Counted from the stretch's first letter, positions 53,499-63,270 are shown. The stretch: 64,000 bases of DNA from Ignavibacteriota bacterium (GCA_963801355.1 CAWDEM010000008.1:2080001-2144000), one strand, 5' to 3'. Program-made: numbers and translations. Notes: a model not told the origin generated them from the sequence alone.

Positions 53499-55808
53499 CT
53501 ATTTCACCAACGCCATCGTTTTGGTCTGCACAAAGCCTCCTGCGGTCAGTCTGTACAAGTATACGCCGCTTGCCAAACCTGCCGCATCAAACTTCACGTG
53601 GTATTCCCCCGGCTCTTTCTTCTCGTCCACAAGCACCATCACCTCCCGCCCGAGCATATCGTACACTACGAGTCGCACCCACCTCGTGCCCATTGACTCG
53701 TGCCCATTGCCTGTAGCCGGCAGGCTGTAGCCTATGGTCGTACTCGGATTGAAGGGATTCGGGTAGTTCTGCTGTAGTTCAAAGGTTCCGGGAAGACCTC
53801 CGTACTGCGGTTCATCCACGGGTGTTGCTTGTCCGGATTCATCCAGGAACGTCAGCCACTGGAGCAAGATGAGACTGCTTGTGCCTGTTCCCCGGAATCG
53901 CACATACACATCATGTACGCCTGAGACGGGCGGAACAACATTCGTTCTGAATGCTTGATATGTAGTCCAGCTCCCCGTATTGCCGACCGTGCATTCGGCA
54001 ATCTTTGTGCCCGAATCAAGTGAATCCCGCCACACTTCAACCACACATCCTGAAGAGGCACACGAGGCAATGAGTTCCAGAGAATCCGGACTTCTCAGGT
54101 ATTGGGCGTTCCCAAATTCCACGCCGGCATAGAGTGCCCAGCCGTTATCCTGCATGTTCTGCAGGCAACTCATTCCATTCCTTTGGACTGATACGGTTGT
54201 CCCATACTGGTTGGCAGGACATTCTGCGAGGATCGGTGTGTATGCATCACGGTACACATAGAAATCAAAGTCGGCTGAATTCCCCTGCACAAACAACCCC
54301 TGCCGGTTCCCCGTCCATGCGTTATAGTTCGGTTGCAGATTTTCCATATCGGATACATTGATGCTGCTGCCTACTGGAATCCAGTGGTGTCCATCGGCGC
54401 TACAATACCCCGTAAGCACATGGTGTACACGAACCAGCTTCAGCCAGACGATGGTCTCACCGTTCGCTGACGGACTGCTGACTTCGTACCGGGTGGTCTT
54501 GTAGCTGAATCCGGCAATCTTCTTTCCTGTACTGTCGATCGAACTGTATAACCTGACATCAAGAGTCTGCAGTCCGTTGAAAATCCAGATCCCTGCCTGA
54601 TCAGTGGCTCTTGTCGCCTGAAAATCCAATCGTGTGATTATCGAATAATTGTGTTCACCATCATTCTTGATAATCGTATTCAGTTTGCCTTTGGGCGACA
54701 ACGTGAGCCACCCCCTGCGCTGGGTCAGAGAATACGAAGTCGAAGGCGTATAGCCCAGGAAGGACCATTCCGGATTCAGCGTGCTGGAATCGAAGAAATC
54801 GGAGTGTGGCACCATCCATGGAATGCCGCTGCTCGGCAGCTTTGGAGCGACTTTGGGAAGATTGATAGGATAGTCGGCAGTGGGTTTGCCAATGGCATCG
54901 TAGTGCACCTGGTTGAGCAATCCCTGCCTGCCCTGACCATACCATTCATTACTGTTTGAAGAGCGCCATAAGGGATGGAGTACCCAGCTCGTACTATCGC
55001 CAAGCATCACCGCAGCCGAGCTGTGATTCGGGTTCTGGAACAATGCCTGCGGTTTCAGGGGATCATTTTCGTTGAAGAAATCGCCCAGATTGACCCATGA
55101 AGATTGATCATCGGTGAGTACACTACTTTTGAACACCTTTTGTCCACCGGCGACATTGCGGGCAAAGCTGTAGTAGTACCAACCCTTGTATTTCCACATG
55201 ACAGGACCTTCTGCCCAGCTGTATGGATATGAGGGTGCCGGGTTGATCCAACATAAATTGTAGATCGCGCCATTGGGCTGACCATCGGTCCCCAGTTGCA
55301 CGATCCAGTTATTTACCTGTCCGTTCTTGACAAGGAGATACCAGCTTCCATCGTCGTCAATGAATATTGAGTTGTCATAGCCCAAACCGGGCACAGCCGC
55401 AGGGCAATTCATGGCTGTTGGAAGGCTCCACGATCCTCTGGGATCATCGGCGGTGACAAAGTACATGGCATTGGCGCGTGAGAAGAAATCCCAGTACTTG
55501 TTGTTGTGGTACACCAGCTGCCCTCCCCAACATCCGCCCGAAGGTGAATCACCGTAGTTCACCCACGCGGCACTCACGGGCTGGGCAATTGCTTCCCAAT
55601 GAACCAGGTCCGTTGAGTGATAGATAACCGGCGTCGGATTGAACGACGAACCGGTTGTGTAGTAGTCATTGCCGACTCTTGTCAATGTGCAGTCAGGGTG
55701 ATCGCCGGGAATAACGGGATTCATGTAGCTCGTGAACGACATCGACTGCCCGAATCCCAGGTTGGTCAACAATGCGAAACAACTCATCAGCGTTGATACT
55801 CGGCGCAT
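53499..55808 (-). CDS. GH43 hydrolase + CBM6 + T9SS CTD
   Basis: NPVIPGDHPDCT, GYDNSIFIDDDG, WAEGP, GRQGLL; CBM6-like NTGSWTTY..VSGVHDVYVRF; QNYPNPFNP. Confidence 0.88.
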   Translation of the reverse strand: MRRVSTLMSCFALLTNLGFGQSMSFTSYMNPVIPGDHPDCTLTRVGNDYYTTGSSFNPTPVIYHSTDLVHWEAIAQPVSAAWVNYGDSPSGGCWGGQLVYHNNKYWDFFSRANAMYFVTADDPRGSWSLPTAMNCPAAVPGLGYDNSIFIDDDGSWYLLVKNGQVNNWIVQLGTDGQPNGAIYNLCWINPAPSYPYSWAEGPVMWKYKGWYYYSFARNVAGGQKVFKSSVLTDDQSSWVNLGDFFNENDPLKPQALFQNPNHSSAAVMLGDSTSWVLHPLWRSSNSNEWYGQGRQGLLNQVHYDAIGKPTADYPINLPKVAPKLPSSGIPWMVPHSDFFDSSTLNPEWSFLGYTPSTSYSLTQRRGWLTLSPKGKLNTIIKNDGEHNYSIITRLDFQATRATDQAGIWIFNGLQTLDVRLYSSIDSTGKKIAGFSYKTTRYEVSSPSANGETIVWLKLVRVHHVLTGYCSADGHHWIPVGSSINVSDMENLQPNYNAWTGNRQGLFVQGNSADFDFYVYRDAYTPILAECPANQYGTTVSVQRNGMSCLQNMQDNGWALYAGVEFGNAQYLRSPDSLELIASCASSGCVVEVWRDSLDSGTKIAECTVGNTGSWTTYQAFRTNVVPPVSGVHDVYVRFRGTGTSSLILLQWLTFLDESGQATPVDEPQYGGLPGTFELQQNYPNPFNPSTTIGYSLPATGNGHESMGTRWVRLVVYDMLGREVMVLVDEKKEPGEYHVKFDAAGLASGVYLYRLTAGGFVQTKTMALVK
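53641..53741. repeat. 101-bp direct repeat, copy B (inside the GH43 CTD coding region)
   Basis: Identical by eye to 50777-50877. Confidence 0.9.
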
Positions 55809-55878
55809 ACTTCTTCAGTCACTGACCATTTGTGATAGCAAAATCTACTTGCATGCTTTGGCCCATACAAAGCAAGAA

Positions 55879-57549
55879 CTATCTGTACGTGTACAACTTC
55901 ACCTTCTGAATGCCATACGCTCCGCCGGGCAGGTGCAGATGTCTCCCCTGGTGATCCTCATCTCCATTCATCCGGCGGCCGGCAACCCACTTCCCGTTCA
56001 CAAAGGCACCCTCTTCCATACTGGCAATCCCCGCGATCACCTCCTTGCCGGATGATGATTGGAACGTGACCACGACGCCGCTCCCCGCAATGGCGAACTC
56101 ATCCTTTGCAGTCATGATGATCATTCCTCCGAACCGAGGTGTGGCGCCTTCGGCGCGAGTTGCGTACGGCCATGTATACTCGTGCTTCACGGTGAAGATA
56201 TAGTCGCCCAACGTGATTTCTGCGGTTTGTGCCGCACTGTCCAGCAGGAATCCGGTCATGGTCCCCGTACCCTGATGTTCGAGAATCAGCGGCGTGAGCT
56301 GATGAAGGATTTCGTATCCCTTGTTGAACTGGCTGTTCCCGGGATCATCAACCGATTCGATGGAAAACGGACTGTACCCCATAGCGTTATGCCTGCCTAG
56401 GGCGTAGAACGCATTGGTGATGCTCTGCCGACGGTCCACTTCGGGTACAAATACCGCGTTCCCGCCGCGGTCGTACTTCCCCAGCCACTCTGCGAAATTC
56501 GGAAAATAGATGTCGGGAGCGAGAAAATCGATGTGGGGGGCCCCCGCCCGCCACACATCCATCAGGTGAGGAAGCGGGCCGGCACTCGGATATTGCCCGG
56601 GTTTATAGTTAGGGCGAATCAAAGCCGCGTTCACAAACATGGGCAACGGGTACTCTTTCTTTCCGGCCTGCGTGACATAGTTCGTGTATCTGGCAAAGTG
56701 CCATGCCATGAAAATCTCGTCGGTTTGCAGCCCCTTGCCGAACACCTGTTCCCATGGTCCCGACGGCTTCATCCCCGTGCCATTCCATGCCTGCTGCAAT
56801 TCTTCAGTCAGGGTGTTCTTGTTCTTCTGAAGGTATGCCAGGAGCTCTTCCGGGACCTGTCGCCCAAATGCTTCCTCCGCTTCCGTACAGTAGTCCCTGG
56901 CATCGGGAATCATCCCGATTTCATTCTCCACCTGAATCATCACGACGGTGTTCTGCTCTCCATCGATTGCCCGGAGGTGTTTCATAAGGGCGGCAAATGC
57001 CTTTGCGTCGGCATTTCTGTTTGCATCGCTGAAGGGGGTGAGAATCTCAACGGCTCGGCCATTGTTGGTACGTGAACGCGGAAACCGTTTCTGGTCCGTT
57101 TTGACCCACTCTGGTGCGTAGCATGACATGCTGTTCTTCCACGAGCCAAACCAGAGGACGACGATCTTCACGTCATTCGTTCGCGCCGCAGCTATGAGGC
57201 CGTCGACAAGCGCGAAATCGAATTGCCCTTCTTTCGGTTCAATAAGCTCCCAGTAGACCGGCATTAGAATCGTATTCACGTGCATCGCTTTCAGCTTCGG
57301 CCAGATGGGCGCCATGTACCTGATGTCCGATGCGCTTGAATTCCCCAGCTCGCCCCCCAGCATGAGGAACGGCGTGTTGCGGACAATCAGTTGGGTTGCC
57401 GTCCCCTGTTTCTTCAAGTGGGGAAGTGCAGAAGTGCTTTGCGGATGGACTGATGCGACACAGGCCATACACATCCACGCAGAGATCATGCTGACCCGAC
57501 ACACTCGGAAGATCAGCGCAGAGGATGCTCTTGTAGAACATATTTTCAT
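55879..57549 (-). CDS. GH35-like beta-galactosidase with DUF5597-type C-terminus
   Basis: PFLMLGGELGNSS, YWELIEP.EG.FDF, LWFGSWKN, IQVENEIG, YPSAGP, LAPDIY, RRMNGDE. Start 57549 preferred. Confidence 0.8.
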   Translation of the reverse strand: MKICSTRASSALIFRVCRVSMISAWMCMACVASVHPQSTSALPHLKKQGTATQLIVRNTPFLMLGGELGNSSASDIRYMAPIWPKLKAMHVNTILMPVYWELIEPKEGQFDFALVDGLIAAARTNDVKIVVLWFGSWKNSMSCYAPEWVKTDQKRFPRSRTNNGRAVEILTPFSDANRNADAKAFAALMKHLRAIDGEQNTVVMIQVENEIGMIPDARDYCTEAEEAFGRQVPEELLAYLQKNKNTLTEELQQAWNGTGMKPSGPWEQVFGKGLQTDEIFMAWHFARYTNYVTQAGKKEYPLPMFVNAALIRPNYKPGQYPSAGPLPHLMDVWRAGAPHIDFLAPDIYFPNFAEWLGKYDRGGNAVFVPEVDRRQSITNAFYALGRHNAMGYSPFSIESVDDPGNSQFNKGYEILHQLTPLILEHQGTGTMTGFLLDSAAQTAEITLGDYIFTVKHEYTWPYATRAEGATPRFGGMIIMTAKDEFAIAGSGVVVTFQSSSGKEVIAGIASMEEGAFVNGKWVAGRRMNGDEDHQGRHLHLPGGAYGIQKVKLYTYR

Positions 57550-57604
57550 CGCATTCCACTCTTTCGTCAGGATTCCTTCCTTGTTCAAAGGAGGAGGGAG
57601 AGTT

Positions 57605-57646
57605 AAAAAAAATGCAGCCCGCCACACGGGAGAGACGGGCTGCATT
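57605..57646 (-). terminator. Intrinsic terminator after the FG-GAP gene
   Basis: Stem ATGCAGCCCG / CGGGCTGCAT followed by a T8 run on the minus strand. Confidence 0.8.
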
Positions 57647-57661
57647 CTGCACCACCACCAC

Positions 57662-60600
57662 CTACTTCATAAGCATGAGTTTCTTGACGGAAGTAAATGC
57701 ACTCGAGCCGTCCACAGGCTGAGCTTCCATCCGGTAAATATAGACTCCCGTCGCCAGGCGGGTCGCGTCCCACTGAACGACATACTTGCCCGCCACCTGG
57801 ACGTTGTTCACCAGTGTGGTCACCTCACGGCCGAGGATGTCGAAGATGGTGAGCTTCACATTGGCGCTCGTCGGAACATCGTAACGGATGTTCGTCGACG
57901 GGTTGAAGGGGTTCGGATAGTTTTGCATGAGGCCGAACACCTTCGGAATTTCCGCAAGATCTTCAACGGCGAGAACCGTTCCGGTGGTGAAGAGTCTTGC
58001 GGTCGAATAGTCGCTTACGCCACCGAGGTTCTCAGCCCTCACCTTCCAGTAATAATCCGAGTTCGCAATGAGAGGAGATCTCAGCGTCCACGTCGTGTCT
58101 AATGGAACCGTCGTATCGGCGACAATCGTTGCAAATGCGGCGTCCGTGGCAACCTGGAGGCGATATTTGGTCGCATTAAGAACAGCATTCCAAACAAATC
58201 GCGTCAGACGATTGACACCTGCCGCAGCACTTGCGGGCAACACAGCCCCGGGAACGGCGGGAGCAGCAACGATGGTCGTGAACGCAAAGGTGCCGGTGTA
58301 GTTGCTCGTCCCACCGGCGTTGATGGCCTCCACCTTCCAGGTGTAGTTGGTGAGCTTTGCGAGGCTGTTGAGCCTGTACATCGTATCCGTCGTCGCATAG
58401 GTATTGGTCGCGTTGACGGTTGCAACCTGCAGGTTGTAGCTTGCAGCGCCACTCACCGGCCTCCAGACAAAGAATACGCTATCCGAGATGACATTTTGCG
58501 CGTTGTTCGCCGGCGAGACGAGCGTTGTTCTGCCTGGCGGAGTCATGATGGTGAACACACTGACGGCAGAAAATGCAGACGCCCCAAGATCATTCATCCC
58601 GCGTACGCGCAAATAGAACGTCTGGCCACCGACGAACTGCGCTGTGAAGGTCGTGTCAGCCGTTGAATCATTAACGAAGAACGTGGTGAACGTCGGCTGC
58701 GCCGAGACTTGCCAATGATAACGAGAAGCATCTGTCGTTCTATTAACAGCGAGGGTAAGATTCGCCGGCTGAATCGTGACCCCGGTACCAATCGGATCCC
58801 TAGCAACTACAGACTGAATGTCAGAAGGACTCCAGCCAATGGCAGCTATAGGATCTCCGATGCTATTGCTTTCAAAATTCACCGATAGGCCAACATTCGG
58901 CGTTACGGTTGTATCTACAAGTGTTACATTATCAGCATACCAGATAGTCGTGACTCCAGTACCGCCTACGTCTCCCGTACCTGCACAGTTTATTCCAAAG
59001 GCAACATAGATAGCGTCATGCAGGCTGGAACTGTTGGGTATAGAGACTGAGATATCTTCCCATCCTGTGGAACCCATTTGGGCACGACTCCACGAACCAA
59101 TTTTATTAGCTGCGACATTGGCAAACTGGGCTGTTGGCATTGTTTGGTAGGCTTCAACCACAATGTCCTTGTAACCTACGTCTCCCTGCGCGAAGTAGCC
59201 TTTGAAAGTGAAGCGGCCATAATTCGCCAGAGTCTTTCCGGTCGGTAGGACAAGCTTTAGAACTGGCGCTGCATTGTAATTGTGGATTGTGTTCCGCAGG
59301 ACTTTGTTCGCAGGCGAAACCACAATGGGAACTTCCGCCGCTGCAACACCTACCGTGGTGAAACTGCGAACCGAGGTCCATGGGCTCGTGAATCCGCCGT
59401 TGGTTGCAGCGACGCGCCAGTAGTATTTCGTCGCCTTACCGACAGTGACACTTGTGGTTGTCGTCGCCGCCGTGGCGTCAATCGCCAACAGTTTGGCGTT
59501 GGCGAACGTCTGGTCAAGTGACACCTGGACCCTGTATCCTGTAGCGTTCGTCGCTGCACTCCACTCGAGTGTCACAGGTATCGTCTTGCCGGTCGCACCG
59601 TCATCCGGGCTGAGGAGTGTCAGTGCTCCTGGTATCGCCGAACCTTGTTTGATGGTCCAGTATCTGTCGACGGCGAGTCCTGGGTAGGTAGCTGTTGTGC
59701 CATCAGGCCACTTCACGTCGACCCTGTCGATGGAAGTGTTGATGCCGATGCCGAAGACAGCCCTCGGTTCGCCGTGACCTGCAGCATTGCCTTCTGCCTT
59801 GATGTAGCGGACCTGTTTGAAGGTACCGCCCTGCGTGTACAGTGTGAAGAGGGCGCCGATGGCATTCAAATTATGTCCCGTGCCGACAGGCGTGAAGCCA
59901 ATCCAGTGGTTCGAGTTGCCACTGTTTTTCTGCAACACCGAATTAAGTCCGGTATAGTTGTAGATATCCAGGAAGCCGTCGTTATTGTAGTCAACAAAGC
60001 CTCCCGCTCGCCCGCCCCCCGCAGTCGCCACGTTGTCCTGGTTTGTCACCTCAGTGTACGTGCCGTTGCCGTTGCCCCTGAACAAACGCGTGGTGCCGAA
60101 GGTCGTGCTTGCGTATACATCCGGGATTCCGTCATTATTGTAATCGCCGATGTCCCATGCCCGAATATTGCCCGACGTAGGCAATCCGGCGTCAACGATG
60201 TTTGTCCCGTTCCACTTAAACGTAAATGTGCCGTCTCCCTTTCCGTACACGACAACAATGTTTGTTGCCCTCCTGAGGCCATCATAGTTGTTGGCCTCCG
60301 TCCCGGTCATGATCAGATCCATGTTGCCGTCGTTGTTGAGGTCACCGAATTGGCTGCCAATCGCATTGAAGTGATGCACGGTATCATCCACGATGATGCC
60401 GGTGTCGCCGACCGCCCTGGCAAAGAACGCTCCCGCGGACAGGGAATCGAGCGCATAGAGCGTGCGGCCGAGCGTTGCCGCGGTGGGCACATAGAACTTG
60501 CCCGTGCCATCGTTCAGGAACAGGATGCTTCCTTTTTTGGCGCCGACGGTGTCAGATCCGCCGTTGAACGCTCTGAACCCATGCCGGAAACTTGGCATCC

Positions 60601-61297
60601 ACAGATCCTGCCAACCGTCATTATTCGCATCGAGGAAGTGGACATCCCAGGTCTCAAATGCCCGGCTGGTGTCGATGGCGAGATTTCCCGGGGCTGCTCC
60701 GATGCCCGCCCGGGTGAAGCCGGAGGGACCACCCTTCAGCAGCTCGATACCTTCGCCCCGCTTAAAGATGAAGCCATCGGCCCAGGTCGCCTGCTTGAAC
60801 CCCTGCCATGCCGCACTCAGGTAATTGCTGTGGTCGATATCCGCCACAGCCATGCCGGCGAAAACGCTCCCCGTGGGGACAGCCTTCGCAAGGTCGCCGG
60901 TCCCGGTTGCGAGAATATACACCCCGGCGCTGTCAAAAAACAAACCCGTCTGGGGATTGGCGCCATTTGTTGACCACAGATCAACAACGCCGTCGCCATT
61001 GATATCGGCCAGGAGTCCACCGACAGAGTTCACATTTCCTATGATGTTCGCTGTCTTTGTGGACGCCGCCGATGCGAATGACGTGATGTTGTTCAGCACA
61101 ATATTATTGGACGGAATGAAGACATCCAACGTACCGTCCCCGTTCACATCCGCCCAGGCGAAACCGCCGTTTGAAGCTCCTGATCTTGGAGAGACGGCCG
61201 GTCCGGAGGAGAACACGACTTCCTGCGCGACCGCCGCACCAAGCCCCAGCAAGAGGAGAAGCGCCCCCGCTGCGCTGAATCGTAAGAGCTTGTTCAT
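57662..61297 (-). CDS. FG-GAP beta-propeller / ASPIC-UnbV protein with FN3-like repeats, an inserted CBM-like domain and a T9SS CTD
   Basis: Repeated DxNxDGxxD motifs; ASPIC-like NAIGA...FGIG..IDRVDVKWPDG; four SPxx...W...Y.xQV FN3-like repeats; QNYPNPFNP. Confidence 0.82.
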   Translation of the reverse strand: MNKLLRFSAAGALLLLLGLGAAVAQEVVFSSGPAVSPRSGASNGGFAWADVNGDGTLDVFIPSNNIVLNNITSFASAASTKTANIIGNVNSVGGLLADINGDGVVDLWSTNGANPQTGLFFDSAGVYILATGTGDLAKAVPTGSVFAGMAVADIDHSNYLSAAWQGFKQATWADGFIFKRGEGIELLKGGPSGFTRAGIGAAPGNLAIDTSRAFETWDVHFLDANNDGWQDLWMPSFRHGFRAFNGGSDTVGAKKGSILFLNDGTGKFYVPTAATLGRTLYALDSLSAGAFFARAVGDTGIIVDDTVHHFNAIGSQFGDLNNDGNMDLIMTGTEANNYDGLRRATNIVVVYGKGDGTFTFKWNGTNIVDAGLPTSGNIRAWDIGDYNNDGIPDVYASTTFGTTRLFRGNGNGTYTEVTNQDNVATAGGGRAGGFVDYNNDGFLDIYNYTGLNSVLQKNSGNSNHWIGFTPVGTGHNLNAIGALFTLYTQGGTFKQVRYIKAEGNAAGHGEPRAVFGIGINTSIDRVDVKWPDGTTATYPGLAVDRYWTIKQGSAIPGALTLLSPDDGATGKTIPVTLEWSAATNATGYRVQVSLDQTFANAKLLAIDATAATTTTSVTVGKATKYYWRVAATNGGFTSPWTSVRSFTTVGVAAAEVPIVVSPANKVLRNTIHNYNAAPVLKLVLPTGKTLANYGRFTFKGYFAQGDVGYKDIVVEAYQTMPTAQFANVAANKIGSWSRAQMGSTGWEDISVSIPNSSSLHDAIYVAFGINCAGTGDVGGTGVTTIWYADNVTLVDTTVTPNVGLSVNFESNSIGDPIAAIGWSPSDIQSVVARDPIGTGVTIQPANLTLAVNRTTDASRYHWQVSAQPTFTTFFVNDSTADTTFTAQFVGGQTFYLRVRGMNDLGASAFSAVSVFTIMTPPGRTTLVSPANNAQNVISDSVFFVWRPVSGAASYNLQVATVNATNTYATTDTMYRLNSLAKLTNYTWKVEAINAGGTSNYTGTFAFTTIVAAPAVPGAVLPASAAAGVNRLTRFVWNAVLNATKYRLQVATDAAFATIVADTTVPLDTTWTLRSPLIANSDYYWKVRAENLGGVSDYSTARLFTTGTVLAVEDLAEIPKVFGLMQNYPNPFNPSTNIRYDVPTSANVKLTIFDILGREVTTLVNNVQVAGKYVVQWDATRLATGVYIYRMEAQPVDGSSAFTSVKKLMLMK

Positions 61298-61422
61298 AAG
61301 GACCTCTGCTGCTGTTTGTTGATGGAGTGTTGTTGGTTAGAGGAGCTGCATCTTGCTTCGCTAGCAGTTGGACTTCCGTCCAAGTCACCTCCCTTCATAC
61401 TCTGCACAATCGTAGTGCATCA

Positions 61423-61468
61423 TCAAGGTCAACCTGTCCGACTCGAGGCCGGACAGGTCAACACTTGA
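61423..61468 (-). other. Stable hairpin without a U-tail (possible mRNA processing or stabilising stem)
   Basis: Core stem ACCTGTCCG / CGGACAGGT, extended by TCAAG / CTTGA, 8 nt after the stop of the 61477-63270 gene. Confidence 0.5.
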
Positions 61469-61476
61469 GGAAGAGG

Positions 61477-63270
61477 TTATTTCATGAACACCATCTTCTT
61501 GGTTATCGAGACACTTCCTGCTTGCAGCCTGTAGAAGTAGATGCCGCTCGAGAATCTGGTGGCGTCAAACGTCGCAGTGTGTTGCCCGGCATCCTGGACG
61601 CCTGAGAACAGCGTTGCCACTTCCATCCCCAGCACGTTGAAGACTCTCAACGTCACGTTGCTTTGCTGGGGAACCACGTAGCTGATTTGCGTCGTCGGAT
61701 TGAATGGATTTGGATAGTTCTGGCTGAGCTCAAACCCCAGAGGTGTCCCCGCGGCCTCCCCATCCACTCCTGTGGTGCCATTCGTCAGCCAATCGTTGAT
61801 GGTCTGATCCTCCAACGCAGCTTGGGCCTTCCAGTCCGTGTAGATGCTGGGGAAACTCTTCCACCATCGGGACAGATCTCCGAGCGGGAATCCTCCCATT
61901 CCGGCGGTCTTCAGCGTCGCGTTTGAGTACCTCAACTGTTCATTCATCGGCCATCTTTGATTGACGTCTGAATTGGGGTCAAATGCCCACGTCGTGTCGG
62001 AGTTGTCAGTCCACTTGCGCAACAGGAAGCTCTTGATCCCCACGATGTTTGTAGGGGGAATCAGGAATCCTGGATTCGTTGAATCATAGACGTTTTTCAG
62101 CGAGATGTAGGGCCAGACGGCCTTGTCATTGAAAAACCTCAACGTTTTTGCGCTCATGATAGGCTGCGGCTGCGGTATGTTTGCGTAGCTGGCTGTGTCG
62201 CTGTAGGAGTTGCCTCCCGTGGGATTGCTGGGACTCCTTGGCGCCATGTAATCTCTCAGCCATTGGTCCATGTAATAGCTATTATTGGCAAAGAGGATGT
62301 GTCTTTGGGATTCATTAAAGGGCACCGTGAAATTGAAATTCGGTGTCCCGATGCTGTCGATGTTCACTGTACCACCATTAGGGGTACTGCTGTCGGCTTC
62401 GGCGGTGTTACTGCCACCGGGGAGATGACCGAACATCCACGCGTTCACAAAAACACAGTTCGTCACTGACAGCCACCACCACCACCCTGATTCCAGAGTG
62501 AATTGTACAGTATTCAGGAACGTGCAATGGTTGAATTTAACATAATCTGCATATTCGGCGCCCTCCTGCATGTACACGTACCCCATATTCGCAAAGGTGG
62601 TGTTGATGAATGAGAGGCTGTCAATGTGCCAACCGGACGTGTTATAGATGAAGGACACAGCTCTCCCATAATACCGGAAGTGCGTGTCCGTGCAGTTCCG
62701 CCAGTAACAGTTTTCAAACGTGAGTCGGGCATGTGTCGCCTGCACCGTCACAGACCCGCCGCCTGGCCCTATCGGTGCGTAATCGAAGATCACATTGTCA
62801 AATTTCCCGACATTCACGTGGTCAGTTGTGTCCTCGTCTATCACAAACGCCGAGCCCACCTGCGTGCCAAGACCGTCAGTATTGGTCGTGGCATACAGGA
62901 GCCAGATGTTTTTCATGTAGACGTCGCCATAGCAATCGAAGTTGTACGTCGTGGTGACGCCGCTGCTCGCAGTCCAGCAGATCATCGGCGGGGCAGTATC
63001 CTGCGTGCCTCCCGGCTCCGGCGCGATGATCGTCAGCTTCGTGCCTGCAGGGACAGTGATTGTCGCTGTGAGAACGTACAGGCCGTACGGTTTCAGCCGG
63101 AACACCGTATTGGAAAGCGTGCCGGCATTGATTTTCGCCGTCACGGCATCGTTCAGGGTCCCTTCACCGTTCGTGAAGAAGTCCGGAACATCCACTGTAT
63201 CTGATTGAGCGAAAAGTACAACGGGGGCAAAGACCATCCACAAAACAAGCGCCCAGGCACAATTCTTCAT
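61477..63270 (-). CDS. Secreted T9SS cargo protein of unknown function, directly downstream of a TBDR
   Basis: Signal peptide; beta-helix-like repeats (FENCYW, FINTTF, FNHCTF, VTNCVF); GFPLGDL..W; QNYPNPFNP...KKMVFMK; GGAGG RBS. Confidence 0.75.
   Translation of the reverse strand: MKNCAWALVLWMVFAPVVLFAQSDTVDVPDFFTNGEGTLNDAVTAKINAGTLSNTVFRLKPYGLYVLTATITVPAGTKLTIIAPEPGGTQDTAPPMICWTASSGVTTTYNFDCYGDVYMKNIWLLYATTNTDGLGTQVGSAFVIDEDTTDHVNVGKFDNVIFDYAPIGPGGGSVTVQATHARLTFENCYWRNCTDTHFRYYGRAVSFIYNTSGWHIDSLSFINTTFANMGYVYMQEGAEYADYVKFNHCTFLNTVQFTLESGWWWWLSVTNCVFVNAWMFGHLPGGSNTAEADSSTPNGGTVNIDSIGTPNFNFTVPFNESQRHILFANNSYYMDQWLRDYMAPRSPSNPTGGNSYSDTASYANIPQPQPIMSAKTLRFFNDKAVWPYISLKNVYDSTNPGFLIPPTNIVGIKSFLLRKWTDNSDTTWAFDPNSDVNQRWPMNEQLRYSNATLKTAGMGGFPLGDLSRWWKSFPSIYTDWKAQAALEDQTINDWLTNGTTGVDGEAAGTPLGFELSQNYPNPFNPTTQISYVVPQQSNVTLRVFNVLGMEVATLFSGVQDAGQHTATFDATRFSSGIYFYRLQAGSVSITKKMVFMK

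Noticed and set aside
50777-53741. Diversity-generating retroelement (template/variable repeat pair at gene 3' ends)
   Set aside because: The core repeats are identical, the flanking mismatches are not adenine-specific, both copies are coding, and there is no reverse transcriptase in the window.
13707-60973. Long plus-strand ORFs (13707-15122, 19335-20630, 23303-24349, 28400-29644, 34844-36073, 59645-60973)
   Set aside because: They are antisense shadows of well-supported minus-strand genes in GC-rich DNA, with no motifs or RBS.
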